Notes: generated by a model not told the origin, from the letters alone. A stretch of 63,296 nucleotides of DNA, filler included, from Rhabdomonas costata (GCA_019059605.1; 48 parts of 48 records of this genome joined end to end with filler, not necessarily neighbours in it), one strand, 5' to 3'. Positions 37,583-51,686 are shown, counted from the whole stretch's first letter. A program made the numbers and translations.

Positions 37583-38589
37583 GTCTGCCTGCTTTCCTTG
37601 CGTGCTTTCTTGCCGTGCTGTCTTTGTCTTTGCCCAGGTGCACCTCTTTTTAAATCGGAGATAAATCTCTTTTCATTTTAGGTTCATCATGACCGGAGTG
37701 ACCTTGCGTGCCTGAGTGCCTTTTCTGCTGAGTTTTTTTTTTGCTGCTTTTGTTACAGTTCGCAAGCTTCAGAGTAAAACCAACCAGATGATGTACGCGT
37801 TGAAAACGACCGTGGTCAATGAGGTTGCTACCCTTTAACCTCCCCGTTGTGCAATGATGATAGTGCATTGGGCTTGGTCCGCCCCCCTTCTTTGTTATGG
37901 CCAACGCTATCAAATTTTTCTTGTGTCAAAAACCTCGTAACTCAGCAACGTACAAAACAACCCAGAACAAAGAGAAATTATCACTGCAGACGTAATGCTT
38001 GCAATCTGTCATCAATCCACTTGCCCCGCTGGCTAGTTTTGCTTTCTAGTGCTGGGTGAAAGATCAGGATACCCTGACCCCAAAGGCCCTGCCACGCAGA
38101 CAATAACAAAACCCTCTGGCACCAGCGGGACTCGACCTCTCGCGCCAGCACATATTTCCACATTTGTTACCCAGAGAGAGAGAGAGCGCGATAGCAACGC
38201 TACCCCCAACAANNNNNNNNNNNNNNNNNNNNNNNNNNNNNNNNNNNNNNNNNNNNTTAATTAATTAANNNNNNNNNNNNNNNNNNNNNNNNNNNNNNNN
38301 NNNNNNNNNNNNGTGGTTTGTGCCTCTGGATCCCACTCGAGCTGGATTGTATCTCGACCTTGCTTGCACAATGTGGGCGCTGCCTCGGCTTACCTAGGTG
38401 TCTTGGCACCTAGAACTGGGCGGAGGTCTCTTCCGTTCGTCAGGGGTTCGCTCTGTTACTCTGTGCGGGCGTCGCCTTTCTGAAAGGGGGGCGGGGGTGC
38501 CAACCACTTTTCGATTTACCAAGCCGCTTCGGCGCAAATCTGGCGACCTCTGGTAGCACAACTCCGCAGACCAGGGGGGGTCACTTGTG

Positions 38590-39530
38590 ACTCGTGAAGG
38601 CTGCTTTAGGCACAGGGGTGGAGTCTCTTGGCCGGGCCTTGGTGCCCACACCTTCTGGGCTGTGGAGGGGTTTCGCTGGGCGGGTCTCGCCGCTTATGCC
38701 TTTCCCCAATCGCCCACCCAAATAAAGGCTGTGGAAGGGGCACGCCACCGCACGCACACACCCTGTCCTGTGTTCACCGCACTAAAGCCACTCCCTTTTT
38801 CACCCCTCTCCCTCTGCCGTTGCCTCGGGTCTCCGCGGCTCTCGCCTCGGTTCCGCTGTGGTTCTGCTGCACCTCCTCTGTTAAAACACGATGAGAGGCG
38901 AATCTCAACACAAATTGAAATAAAAAGCGACCTGTTAGGTTTAATTCCGCATTAACGGAATCACGCAATGTACAAAAACCTAATCAAGGGCCTCTCTCTG
39001 TAATTCTCGTAGTTCTTAGCGTTCAGTGGCACAAGGGTAGTCAGGACGAACTCTTGAAATCCGCCTGACCTGTGAAAACTCGGAAGAAAGGTGAGAATGC
39101 AACTTTCTTCCTCCGGAACCCTGGAACACACCCTTTGGATTTCTGATGCGGTAGGGTCGTGTGCTGTCTACCTCCTTCCGCGTGTCTTCCATCCATTGGC
39201 CTGGCTCTGCCTCGCCCGGGGTCTTCCCCACTTTCTTTCTGCTGGCCATCCCTCTCTCACCTGGCACTGCTCTGCTCTGCTTTGATCGCCCAGCTGGTTG
39301 ATATATAGCCTGACCCATGGCCTGGCCAGGAGCTGGCTCACGAGGGGCTGAGCTTCGACTTCTGTCTCAGCTGACCCTTGACAAAAGGGCACTCTGGAAA
39401 CCTCTGGAAAATGTCTGTATCTCACGCAGGTGACATTTCTTCTCTGTCTCTGGATGTGGAACACCTGGGACTTGACCGCCTTTGCTTCGACCCGATACAC
39501 CAGGAAGGGGACCAAACCCCCTTCCCCTTA
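38590..39530 (+). mobile_element. Possible decayed DIRS-like remnant (post-RNase H region and tyrosine recombinase-like motif)
   Basis: AVEGFRWAGLAAYAFPQSP resembles DIRS 'DAF...W....YAFPP'; SVSHAGDISSL resembles a decayed YR box I 'SxxRxGE/DIxxL'; many stops. Confidence 0.3.
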
Positions 39531-40668
39531 ACAANNNNNNNNNNNNNNNNNNNNNNNNNNNNNNNNNNNNNNNNNNNNTTAATTAATTAANNNNNNNNNN
39601 NNNNNNNNNNNNNNNNNNNNNNNNNNNNNNNNNNGGTGTTGGTGGCGCAGGAGATCGGGTCCCGCTAGAGCCGGATCCTTGATGATTTGATGACGACACA
39701 CTCTCAATTAAGGGGGAGAGAGGATCCCCTCTTCGGCACGTAGAGGCTGTGTGGTGGGCAGCACGGACTGCAGCCTCTGGTGGTCTCTCTCCCTTTCGCT
39801 TTCGCTTTGTCCTTTGTCATTGTTACACAGCGCTTCAGTCAGTGGCTACGGATTGCGTGGTTGTGGGTTGTTGGGCGGTTTTTGGCCACTGCTTCTTTTC
39901 GTCTGATGATTCATGTTGAATGTTAAATCTACCGGGGTCTCCTTCGTTCACGCTGGTTTGCGGGGTCTTCCAACCGCCACGTCCACGAAGCGTCGCCCGC
40001 CCATGTATGGTTTTCTGCAGTTTGACGTGTACTTCCGGGAAACCACATCACGGCGGAGCAAGAGAGGGACTTCGAAGAGGAACTAGAGAAAAGAACAAGG
40101 CGGCTGACAGACAGATCGTGCCAATAAGGGGTATGGCACAGCACACAGTGCTATGAAGGTATAATACCAGCCACAATACCCTCCCACCTTCCTGACAGCC
40201 TCCGCCAGAACCTTTCTCTTGTTCTCTGGCGTAGGTCTCGGAGTCCCCCCCCTCCGCTTCTCCCTTCCCCACGCAGTTTGCAAGGAAGAGGAACCCCTCC
40301 TTCTCCCATCTCCTGGCTGATACAAAGTAACCATAACAAAACTCTCACCTCTCACCCCAGTTCTTCATTTAGGTAAGAGATGGTGTCCATGGACGGCCTC
40401 CACGGAAGCCTCCATGTTGTTGGCCCTTCCCACTTATCCCGTAGTCCTGAACGAGAAAGTTAAAAAAAAAAGACAGGGGAATGCAAAATGGTTTGTTGTA
40501 GAGCGCTGACGACAGTGAATGAGTGAGTGCGAATGAGTGAGCAGGAGGAAGGCTGTTTTGCTGTTGCTGGGTTTGAGGCAAACCCCTTGGAGAAAATGGA
40601 GTGAGGGCAGGCTCAGCGAATCATGTCCTTCTTGAGATTCTGAATTGTTCGTATCGTTAACGGCGAAG

Positions 40669-40710
40669 CCCTAACCCTAACCCTAAACCTAACCCTAACC
40701 CCCAACCCAA
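40669..40710 (+). repeat. Interstitial telomeric repeat (CCCTAA)n
   Basis: CCCTAACCCTAACCCTAAACCTAACCCTAACCCCCAACCCAAA. Confidence 0.85.
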
Positions 40711-42449
40711 ATAAGAAAAGTTTGCTCATGGGTTTTTTCAACGAAAGCAATCGGACGCTGACCTCATTCTCACGGCTTCTCCAAGCGAGCAGCAGCCCCT
40801 GTGAAAATTAGCAACAACCCCCCACCCCCACCCCACCACACCAAACACACCAACANNNNNNNNNNNNNNNNNNNNNNNNNNNNNNNNNNNNNNNNNNNNT
40901 TAATTAATTAANNNNNNNNNNNNNNNNNNNNNNNNNNNNNNNNNNNNNNNNNNNNGGGGTTTGGTGCAGCGGAAGCTGAGGCTTGCAGCGCACTTCCATG
41001 TTCAAACATCATCCAGCGGATCGAACCGGGGCAGGATCGAAGAAAGCTCAGAGGAGGAGCCACAGACACAGTACAAGGGAAGCGACGGCAAGTTTCTGCG
41101 AGCAACCCGCATCCTATCTCCAGTACCATGAGCTCCAAAGTCCCTCCCCAAATCCAGCACTATGCCAACGAAACAGAATACTACAAAAAAGAGGGTGGGA
41201 TGGTGGGATGTTTCCTCCCTGGATGATGCATGGCCTTGAGGTGGGGCCAAAGGTGACTCTTGGCTACATCACGGAAATTTAGCACACTGAATATCAAGCG
41301 CTTCCCAGCCCTGCAGTGAGGGGGCATGCTCGTTTACAATCCAAAACCGAAATGATCCTTTGAGGGCTTAAAAAGCACACTTTGGGGTTGTCATGCCCTG
41401 TGGTAACAGTTTGGCGCAGGTGGCGGAGAGGAAAGGGATGACATGTCTTTACGCAAATAAAACTAGTTCTTTTAAAACTTTGCTGACTGGGAGGGAAAAA
41501 GAGCTTAAGGAAAAGTGCGAAGTGTGATGTGCACCTTCTGGTATTTCCAGCATCATCAAGAAGGTCCTGTACTAATGGTGACCACTCCCCAAAAACCCCC
41601 ATAAAGTGGACTTTATTTCTGATACAAATGTGTGTTTGCTTAACTGAAATGCCCGCGGATATTTTGTTCACTGAGAATTCAGGAATTCGAGAACGTTTTC
41701 TGCACAGAAAGCTCTACAACAGCCAATGCTAGTACAAGTGCCCACGTGGCCTGCCCTTCCAACGCACCCTTAACTTCCCATCAAAAAGAGAACGTGTGAG
41801 TGACAGCGTGCGCGGCAAAGACGGAGAGCTGGCGTCAAACTGGATATGAGAGGGTCGGGGGAACACTGCATCTGAGGAAAGACAAGGAAAAAAGTGAAAT
41901 CGGGTATCCCATTGAGGGGCACGGTTGTGAGCAACATATGCAGAGGTATGGAGTTGAGAAGAAAATCGGAAACGTGTGGATGCAGCGGTGGTGATCCAAC
42001 CGCACCCCTTGAGATGGATATACAAGAGGTGAAAAAGATTCGGGTGTGCGGGCAAGCGGGCAAGCGGGCAAGCAAGAAAAGCCTATGCAAAGACTACTAC
42101 AGGGTGCGGCGTACAGGGAATGGAACGCACGTGTGTGGTTGGGTGGGGTACGGGGGGGGGGGGCTGCTTTTTTTTTNNNNNNNNNNNNNNNNNNNNNNNN
42201 NNNNNNNNNNNNNNNNNNNNTTAATTAATTAANNNNNNNNNNNNNNNNNNNNNNNNNNNNNNNNNNNNNNNNNNNNGGGGTCTATTCAAGGGTGGTCGAG
42301 GAAATCGCGACAAAGTGAGTGGTGGTGGTGGTGGGGTTTGAAGATGATGGGTGTGGAGAAATGGATGCTGGGTCGTTGTATGACAGCGTTATGTCAGAAC
42401 AAGCATTCGGAAATAACGGTGAGGGGACTGGAGCTGGAAAGTTGTGCAC

Positions 42450-43139
42450 CTAAGCGCTGACGCTGCTCCACAGCCCGACGCTTGTCCTCGTCCAGCTGCC
42501 GAAGATTCTCGAGCTGCAGCTGCCTCAAATTGAGTTCGTTCTGGTGCCGAGCAAATTTCTCCTGCGGTGAGAAATGCATCTAGGGTTGATGAACGATTTG
42601 GGTGGCGGAACATAAGGTGAAAGGAAGTCGACAACGTCCGGTTGGCACCGCAACTTGGAGCCAAGGAAGAAGAGATGCAGTGATCAAATTCCAACAATAA
42701 CGATTAGATCCAAAGAATTTCAACCACAGGCTACGACGTACACTTTTTATCATCGCATATTATGGGCGCCATGAAGGCTCAGTTGCATAAATTCGGGCCG
42801 AAACGACTAGAGTTCGAAATGCCAGGCCCAATCACCTCATTCCGGGGCACCCAGGCTTGATTTGACACAATATTTCATGGGTTAGTGAGCCAATGCACCC
42901 CCAAAGAAATTTGATCTCGCATGGTTTCGGGACGTGAGCGGAACAACAAAGTACCAGAAGCTGCAGTTATGAAAAAGAAATGCCCCACCGCAATAAAGAG
43001 CGACAGGACAGAGGACCTGCAGGAGTAAGAAGCTGTTTCTCTCGTGCTCCACCAGGCGGGCTCTCCACTCCATCTCCTCGGCGGCGAGCCGCTCCCACTG
43101 CCCCCGTTGGGCCTGCATCCGCACGTACAGGTCCTCTGC
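42450..43139 (-). CDS. Coiled-coil protein exons (43139-43017, 42561-42450)
   Basis: AG/GT bounded, phase-0 join; AEDLYVRMQAQRGQWERL...LLLQ + EKFARHQNELNLRQLQLENLRQLDEDKRR. Confidence 0.6.
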
Positions 43140-45995
43140 CTTTGGGAGAAGCACATCGAATCGGCCCCCCTCCTATTATTCAGAAAACCATTTAAGGTTT
43201 AAGTTGCTGATGCGGGTGGGAATCTGCGACATTGTCCCGTAGGGGCACTATTGGGTCAGTCTTATGAGATAAGCCCGGGACCCACCACCACTACCCGCAA
43301 CAAGTCCGGCGAGGCGCACAACAGTGGCACCGAGCAGCTGATAAAGCAAGATCGCCTTTGGCATCCTTCCCACGGAGAAAAGTAGCGCAAGGCACCCGAA
43401 CAGCTGACCATACACATAGTGCCGTAGTTGTCCATCCATGCACCAACTTTCCTAAGGTTCAGTCCTGGACATAGAAAATCTCGGGAGTGTGAAAAATNNN
43501 NNNNNNNNNNNNNNNNNNNNNNNNNNNNNNNNNNNNNNNNNTTAATTAATTAANNNNNNNNNNNNNNNNNNNNNNNNNNNNNNNNNNNNNNNNNNNNGTT
43601 GTTGTTGCACGTTTGGGTCAGGGGTTGCGCGAATTTTCCTTCAACATTCATTTTTGCTCCTGCGCCCCATCATGGGTTGGTCTATGCGTGTGTTGCATCA
43701 TCCAGGGTTCCCGGTATGCGAAAAAAGGTCTGGGCCGTATGCCCCCATGCTTTCCTCCTCCCCCAGTTACTTACCCTTCCCTTGGGTCTTGGTCGCTTAG
43801 CTCTCTGTCTCTCTTTCTCTCCTGCAACGTTCCCACGTTGCCCGGAAGAGAGAAATTCCGCAGCACCAGCACTAGCAGCCATGACACAGACCAGCGCCGG
43901 CCAAGCAGCTGCCGTTGATGCCCGCTTTCTGCTCGGATTCACGGACCTCCTTTTTGTACCCTTCCTTGTTGGGAAGTAGGCGGCCCTTGAACCAAGTATT
44001 AGTTCCCCCCCCCCTTTTTTTACTGTACCCGCAGCTTTACAGTGAACTTTTTTCTGCTTCTTGGTTTGTCTGAATTCTCTGCTGGTGGCTGAGTCTCGGT
44101 CTGCATCACCCTATTCCCGTCTTGTATTTTCCTGCTCTGGCTGCGGGTGTTTCTTTAATGGAAGGCCCGAAATGGGAACCGAAGGAGGTTCTTTCCCGTA
44201 CCATACCACGTGGACTCCTTTGTTGCAAACTCACTTTTCGCTTTCCATGTGGTGCAATGCTCCCCCAACTCCATTCCATCGCCCCACAGCATGCACGCTC
44301 ACTCGGTGGCGGCTGAGCACGTCGGAGGTCACCCGCTCACCAGTGACACCTCTGCCCAAGCGGCTGATGGCTGTGACTGTCGCTGTTGCTTTTCGGGGGT
44401 CATTCTCGGATTTTGCAAAGCTCCCTTTCCTTGTTCATCGTGGGATGGCATGAAAACTGCGTGCGTTGCTCCCACGACTGTTGAGGCTAACTTTTTGTTT
44501 CACTCCCACCGTAACGCCCCCCCCTCTTCTCTATTCTATGATGCCCATCTTCCGGAGGGCGTATATTGCATTCGGGAAAATTGGGAGTCGCGGACATGTC
44601 TCCCTCACCCATCGACCCGCTGTACAGACTCTGAGCTTTTTCGAGCCCAACTGCACTTCAACCCCCTCCCCCTCACTTTTGCCCGTTTCTCTCCTCTTCA
44701 AGGAGGGAATACCACGGTATGCACTGTATCCCCCTGTCTCCGAACTCCTCTCTCCCACCTCCAGCACTGGGTTGCTTGTTCGCTTTCCTCCTTTCCTGCC
44801 AAAACAAACNNNNNNNNNNNNNNNNNNNNNNNNNNNNNNNNNNNNNNNNNNNNTTAATTAATTAANNNNNNNNNNNNNNNNNNNNNNNNNNNNNNNNNNN
44901 NNNNNNNNNGGTTGTGGGGCGGGCTGACTGCCTCACGGGCTCCGGGGTGCAATCCACCGGGGCTGGTACCCCTGCATGATGGGAATGGGGTGTGGTGGCA
45001 GCCGGGTTGGCGGTAGGGCCTGGGATGCGGATGGGACTGGCGGATGGGAAGCCAGCGGGAGAGCTGCTGGGCTCCGAGAAGTTGGTCGAGGCGGTGGCAG
45101 GGGTTCCGGCATCGGGGGGCTCACTAGAGAGGGGAGGAAAGGCCGGAAGCTCGGTGGCAAGCTCGGCGGCCATATTTCATATGCTACAATATGCAAACAC
45201 CATTCAGGTTCAGAACGACATACACACACACACACACTCAGAAATCAGCTAAATAACACAACCACATAGCAAAAAAGTACAAACTGAGATGAAATGTGGC
45301 ATCGAGGGGACCGAACTTAAAACAAGACCTAACTGACATTTTGTCACATCTTCACAACAACATCCAAAATATTCAGTGAGATTGGGAGGCCATCCGCCAT
45401 CCTCCCCTCCTGTTTTTCTGCTAAGCGGACCTTTTCCTTTTTCCGGAAGACAGAAATCGATCGCCGTCTCCGATACGCTTTCCTTCTATTTTGTGCACCC
45501 CAGAACGTCAGTCACAGCTCTCACCAGGATCTCGCCGGGGAATATCGAACGAGTAAACAATGACGAGATCTGAAGCATAGGGCGGTCCCAAGCCGCATAT
45601 CTACAATGTGCAAAGTCTGCACAGATCTACAAGGGCAAAAACGTGCACTAATAAACAGGTCGAGCCCCACCATTGTAACAACTGCACAACAGGCACACGG
45701 GGCTTCTTCCCCACAAGAGAAAACACAACAGTGGAAGAATCAACCAAGCCTAACCTTCATCCTAACGATCGCGAAACCACTCTTTAGCGACACCGCTCCA
45801 CGGAATTTCGGTGCAGGACATCGTTCGGAGCGAGGACTCACTCGTGGAGGGACAGGCAGTCACGCACGGAGACCGGCGGACAGCGCAGAGGAACCGAGCG
45901 CTTGCCCTACAACCCAAACGACACGCACTGTGAAGGGTCCAACGATAAAACGACGCTGCCCCCGAAATTGACATCTGGCTGGTAGCGGGTGGGAA

Positions 45996-46124
45996 GTGGG
46001 CATTTCCGTATGCACGTCCGTCAGCAACAGAAGCAACCATGATGGGAGGTACACCAAGCTGTGTGGGGGAGTTCCCATCATGGTTGCTTCTGTTGCTGAC
46101 GGACGTGCATACGGAAATGCCCAC
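45996..46124. repeat. Perfect 52-bp inverted repeat at contig end
   Basis: 45996-46047 is the reverse complement of 46073-46124. Confidence 0.95.
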
Positions 46125-46940
46125 CACCACNNNNNNNNNNNNNNNNNNNNNNNNNNNNNNNNNNNNNNNNNNNNTTAATTAATTAANNNNNNNNNNNNNN
46201 NNNNNNNNNNNNNNNNNNNNNNNNNNNNNNAAAGACAACGGGTAATGTGAGGGAAAATACAGTAGCAATGGTGAAGGGGAATGACCAGAAAGGTCATTTG
46301 TCCAAAAGGGAATTTTGTTAGGGGGAAATGTGAGCAAAAGTATGTGTTGTGGGGGTATTTGTTTCCGGGCAAGAAGTGATCATTGGACGGTGGAGAAGAA
46401 TCGGTTTCTGACATTAGGAGGACAGTTATACAAAACTTTTTCTGAACCTCACTTGCTTTGATTGATCCCACAGGCGGTCTTTCGCCGCTTCTTGATCCGC
46501 TTTCCAACATGCACCATTCTTTGCGTGCGTTCTGTGGCACCGTTGCCACTCACAGCCACCCCGACGCAACACCAACATGACTTCCCTCTCTCTTTCCCTC
46601 TCCCGCTCTCCCTGCCATTTCCCATTGCCTAAAGAATACGTATATTGCATTGCTCCACCTGTCTGACTGTATTAACAGATATCTCTTTTACTTTTCAAGG
46701 CGTTGGGGCCAAATAAGCCAGCCGCTTTTTTCTGTAAATGTGAAACCTTTCCGCGTTTCATTTTCGAAATGCAACGAACACGACCACCTTGACTACGCGG
46801 CGGCCAAATATCGTTTTCCAGACTGTGTTTGTCAGTGTCGTGCCTTCAATCATGGGAAATTTCTTTTGTACAAGCAAAGCATTTAAACATTCAACGCACT
46901 ACATTGACTTCAATTTGCGTCGTCAATTCAACCAGGTTTG

Positions 46941-46992
46941 CTTTTGGTTGCTTTTGGTTGCTTTTGGTTGCTTTTGGTTGCTTTTGGTTGCT
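46941..46992 (+). repeat. (CTTTTGGTTG)5 tandem repeat
   Basis: Direct observation. Confidence 0.95.
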
Positions 46993-49900
46993 AAGGGAAA
47001 AAACCCATACCAAATCCCCAAATTTAAGGGGGCGCTATAAAACCACTTCCATCAGCGAAAATAAAATGGTGTGTTTTCACTGTTTGCCTGATCTCGTTCG
47101 TTTCCGTTGTTTGACTTTCTGTTCGCCAGGGATTGTCCAAAATAATGAAGCAAATTATGTAAAATGATCAATTTTCTCCAGGATGAAAGAGTGGGTAGGT
47201 TAGAAACCATGTGCGGACAGACCCAACCAAGGCAACAAGTTAACAAAATCGAAATGTTTTGTCGTATACAACCCCAACTTCCTGTTGGTAGATCGACAAC
47301 AGATTACATTTTAAAGATATAGACGTCGCTTATCCGTATTAAAGCTAAGGAAAGAAAAATGAATAATCATTGAGGAAAATCAAAACAGTACAAGGAAAAA
47401 GCACGAGAAGCAGACGCAGAAGCAACCCCCCCCCACACACACCCACCACANNNNNNNNNNNNNNNNNNNNNNNNNNNNNNNNNNNNNNNNNNNNTTAATT
47501 AATTAANNNNNNNNNNNNNNNNNNNNNNNNNNNNNNNNNNNNNNNNNNNNGGTTGGTTTGTACAGAACCGAAGGCTGCAGATGAGAATGCATGGGTGCTG
47601 GGGAAGAACCTCTAAATCCGCAAAGAAGAAGTGCATGTGAAATTAGGGCAACGAATTGAGAGACAGGCAGTTAGAGACAGACACTTAGACGGCTTTCACA
47701 TCACCCAAGAAAAAGCAGAAAAACAACAAAGCTTCCTCAGGGTACCAACGTGGAGATGACGGAGGAAACTAAGTCCTGGATGACCAGCTTAGCCAGCGGG
47801 GCCATCCCGGCATTTCCCAAGCACACCCCAGGGGTGGTTCCCGAGTTGCTATCGCATGGGCTGGTCGACACCCCGGGCTCCTGCCGGACCCCCCATCACA
47901 CATAAATCAACACACACCCACAACCACCAACACACACTCTGCACTTGGCAAAGGTGAATTTCTACTGGGGAGGACTCCAGGTCCATTTCCCACTGGACTC
48001 CCGCCTTTCGATGGTGCATGGACCCAACGGGCCTGACAACATCCTTGTCGTGTCCACGGTGCCTTGCCCGGAGGCTTATCCCATGTGACCCCCCATCCAC
48101 AGTTTACGCGGGGTCTTGGGAAACCCGATTGACGCGTTTAGAGATCGTTTGTGAGTACCCAACCTTCCGCCCTCGTAAGCTACTTCTTGGGGCCCAACTG
48201 TCCTTCTGAGCTTAGGTCCTCAAACCCGCACCAACACACACACACACACAACGTACACAGACACATACACACGCACACACTGGTTGAACAAGGCACACGC
48301 TCGTTTGGAGTTCTCCAGCTTCCCACACACCCATATTATGCACTTGGCAAGGGACTTTCTGGGGGGACGTCCACACACGTTCCCGGGGCTCGCAAGCGAA
48401 GGTTTCGAGACGTGTGCTTCAGTAAAAAAAATATTATGCACGTGCCCAACGCCCACATCAGATGTTAAAGCAATCCGCAAACCCAGCCTGTTAACCACGA
48501 CCATTCTCGGGGAGTCTTCAGATCCTCGCATCTTCCGTTTCTATGCCACTCCAACGCCCACATCCACGACGACTTCGTCAGCGAGTTGCAACGTCATCAC
48601 CCTTTCAGGGCAGACCGAGCGTGGGTGAGGAGTATGTTTTTCGTTGCTTCCCACCGGCTTGCAGATGAGACTTCCACAACTACCGCAACCGCCGCTGCCG
48701 CAAGAGCAAGCAGTTCAACAACGCGGCATTCAGATCACAGCCGATAACGAAACTCACAGCACACACCACCNNNNNNNNNNNNNNNNNNNNNNNNNNNNNN
48801 NNNNNNNNNNNNNNTTAATTAATTAANNNNNNNNNNNNNNNNNNNNNNNNNNNNNNNNNNNNNNNNNNNNGTTTTTGTTTGCCATGTGCAATTTTATTCT
48901 GTTTTACCGTGTGACGTGTGGCCGTGTGTATCCAGTGGACTACTTGTGCCGTAAGCGTTTTTCCTAGACACGACCATCAGCGTTTTTCATAATGTTCAAA
49001 AATTCAAAAATTGAAAATTCAAAATTCAAAAAATCTGTTGTTTCATGGTTTTTATTTCAATCAGGGCCTTTTGTTCAAGCGACGAAATTATTTTTTCACA
49101 GGTTAAGGTTGGTGTATATTACGGTGGCTCTGAATATATCGGAAGTTTTCGCACAAAATGATCAAGCAAAGACACATTCAGGAAGTGAAATGATTGGAGA
49201 GCATACGTGTGGCGTGAAGAGATGACTGGTGATGGAATATTAATACCAGTACACTAACAACATCAGGTTTGTTTCCACAGATGCACTCAACTCGTCAACA
49301 TAATTAACACTTGTCTTATGCTTTCCAATGTATCTGATTTAAAATGCAAAAAAGAATGTAAAAATTAAAAAGCATGATAAGAATAGCATCGCCGCATTTC
49401 ATATAACTCAGTAACACTGAATCAAAATCAAACACACATTTGATCTGCAATTTTTTGTCGTAGTTTAGGCTCACTTTTGGCTATTCAATAATCAATATCA
49501 TCTCGTCATGTACCGCCGTCAGAAGTAGCGTTGGAAAGGCTAAAATCTCACCTCTGTAATGGTGACGGTGGGATGGTTGCGCATCAGGGTAAAGTAACAG
49601 CAGCTGGAATGCCCACTGTCATCACCCCATGGCAACATACCCACTTTCCAACCATATGGTTGGGTGATATGCCACCTTGACACAGATCAAGACATGACAA
49701 CACAGGGTATGGAAGGCATTGATGTGAGGAATACACCAAGAGGAGAATATTGGCGTGTGGTGGGTCTGTATCGGCTCCCTCCGTTTCAAATCACTTCCAC
49801 TAGTGGGGATAGTAGAGTGAATGCGCGTAGACACTTTAGGGTTGTTAAGAGCATGAACCATTACATTTATGGAGCACACTAGCGCATATAGTATGCGGCC

Positions 49901-50261
49901 AGCAAACAAAATGCATTTTTTCACCCCATTACCATCACACATGCACATAGATTGTGTTTTTTGGCTCACCACCCCTCGATTTGTTTTCAACTTTTTTGAT
50001 TTTCTACCCCTCATTGGATCTTTATCTATGGTCCTATCAAAGAATATAAATCATCACTTCTAATCACTGGTTTTTACACAACAAAAANNNNNNNNNNNNN
50101 NNNNNNNNNNNNNNNNNNNNNNNNNNNNNNNTTAATTAATTAANNNNNNNNNNNNNNNNNNNNNNNNNNNNNNNNNNNNNNNNNNNNGGTGGGTGGGCCG
50201 TACCTCTGGTGGTTGCCACCGAGATCACAACCAGTTGCGGCGTAACTACGGAAAGAGCTGC

Positions 50262-51000
50262 CTTGGCAGGAGAGCCCCCAAGAGCCGCGTAACAGGGCGC
50301 CACCACCGAGCCCGCCACAGCGACCACAGAGCTGGGAACGAACTCCGGGGCAACCACCAGAGGTACGGCCAGGCTCACCTCCGACGACAGCCCAACGACC
50401 CACGGCAGCGAGCACAGCAGCGCTGAGAGGTAAGAAAAAGGAAGACAGTCGAGGATGTGCAAAATTGTGAGATGCCGTTCAAGAATTTGTTTGGGTGGCT
50501 ATCATGGCCAATTTTTTCAAGTGCAAGATCAACCTCTGACCTGCCCAGTCAACCCGGTCAACTCAGTTGCTTGTAACACGTGTACGCCAGCTGACTGCTT
50601 TGGAAACAGTAGCTGCCGAGCACGACAAGTCAGGTTCTTGCAAAAGGAGCACAAAGACTGCCCCGAAAGTCAGCCAAACGCTGGGCCACAAACGTCAGCA
50701 ACCAGCTCGCATCCAGCAAGGTAAGCCTTGGCACATCAAAAGTTGTGAAACGCAAAACGAGCGGTAGGTGCCCTGCGCGGAGCTGTTGAGGATGCAGCTC
50801 ACAGAGGGGTTTTCGGGCAGCTGCAGAACCGCGGCGGCCGCGGGGCAGTCCATCCGGAGCTGCACAGGCACCACCTCTCCCACGGGCACCCACCGAGAGA
50901 ACCCCGCGGTGAAGTTCACTCTCACCGCCCCGGAGGAGTTGAGCGGCAGGGGAAGCAGCTGCGGCTGCTCCGGCCCCAGCTCCAGATCAAAGGAAGGCCC
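50262..51000 (-). CDS. Exons 51000-50772 and 50422 to about 50262 of an extracellular beta-rich (Ig/DUF11-like) protein; GC-AG intron at 50771-50423
   Basis: A phase-1 join gives ...PSVSCILNSSAQALLCSLPWVVGLSSEVSLAVPLVV...; NxS/T sequons present. Confidence 0.5.
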
Positions 51001-51686
51001 CTGGAATTGCGCACGGAATGCCAAAATCAGCCCATCAAATCGGACACCCACAGCCGGTAGCCGGGTCTAAGTTTTGGGATTTTTGAAGACAATGGCTATA
51101 GAGCTGCAGAGCTGGATAATCCTCTTCTGTTGGGTTTGCCCGTGAGGTGAGAGGAAAGTCCCCAGAGGTTTGCTAATGCATTTTCACAAAGTAGCCCGAG
51201 CGATCTTGAGGAGCCCAACTTTCATTCAGTTTAAACCGGGGGTAATCAAGCTCATCGTTCGGTTGCAAATCCCTTCCGTGTCGTGTACTTTTTGAGAGCT
51301 TTGCACAGACTCTTTTTTTTTTGCTTTTTTCCTTGCCGCTCAACAACGTCAAGGGAGAAAACAAACCAAGACTAAAGCTCCATGCCCCCCCTCCCGTCCC
51401 AACCCACCNNNNNNNNNNNNNNNNNNNNNNNNNNNNNNNNNNNNNNNNNNNNTTAATTAATTAANNNNNNNNNNNNNNNNNNNNNNNNNNNNNNNNNNNN
51501 NNNNNNNNGGTGGGGTGTGTGTGTTTGGGTGTTGGGGTGAGTGATGCTCCGTATTGCTAAATGCAGTGCTGCACGACCTTGTTGGGTCATATTTTCTGGG
51601 ATGTTATTCAAGGGCACTGGGTTAAGTAGATTGTTTCAACTACCGCTACATGCATATTTCAGCAAAATGGGGTTGGGTATACGCAC

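Noticed and set aside
47849..48100. Minus-strand WEMDLESSPVEIHLCQ...WWLWVC as a decayed gag knuckle
   Set aside because: Key Cys/His residues are missing; too weak.
49664..49882. VVGLYRLPP resembling a LINE endonuclease motif
   Set aside because: Isolated motif without the GDFN or SDH context.
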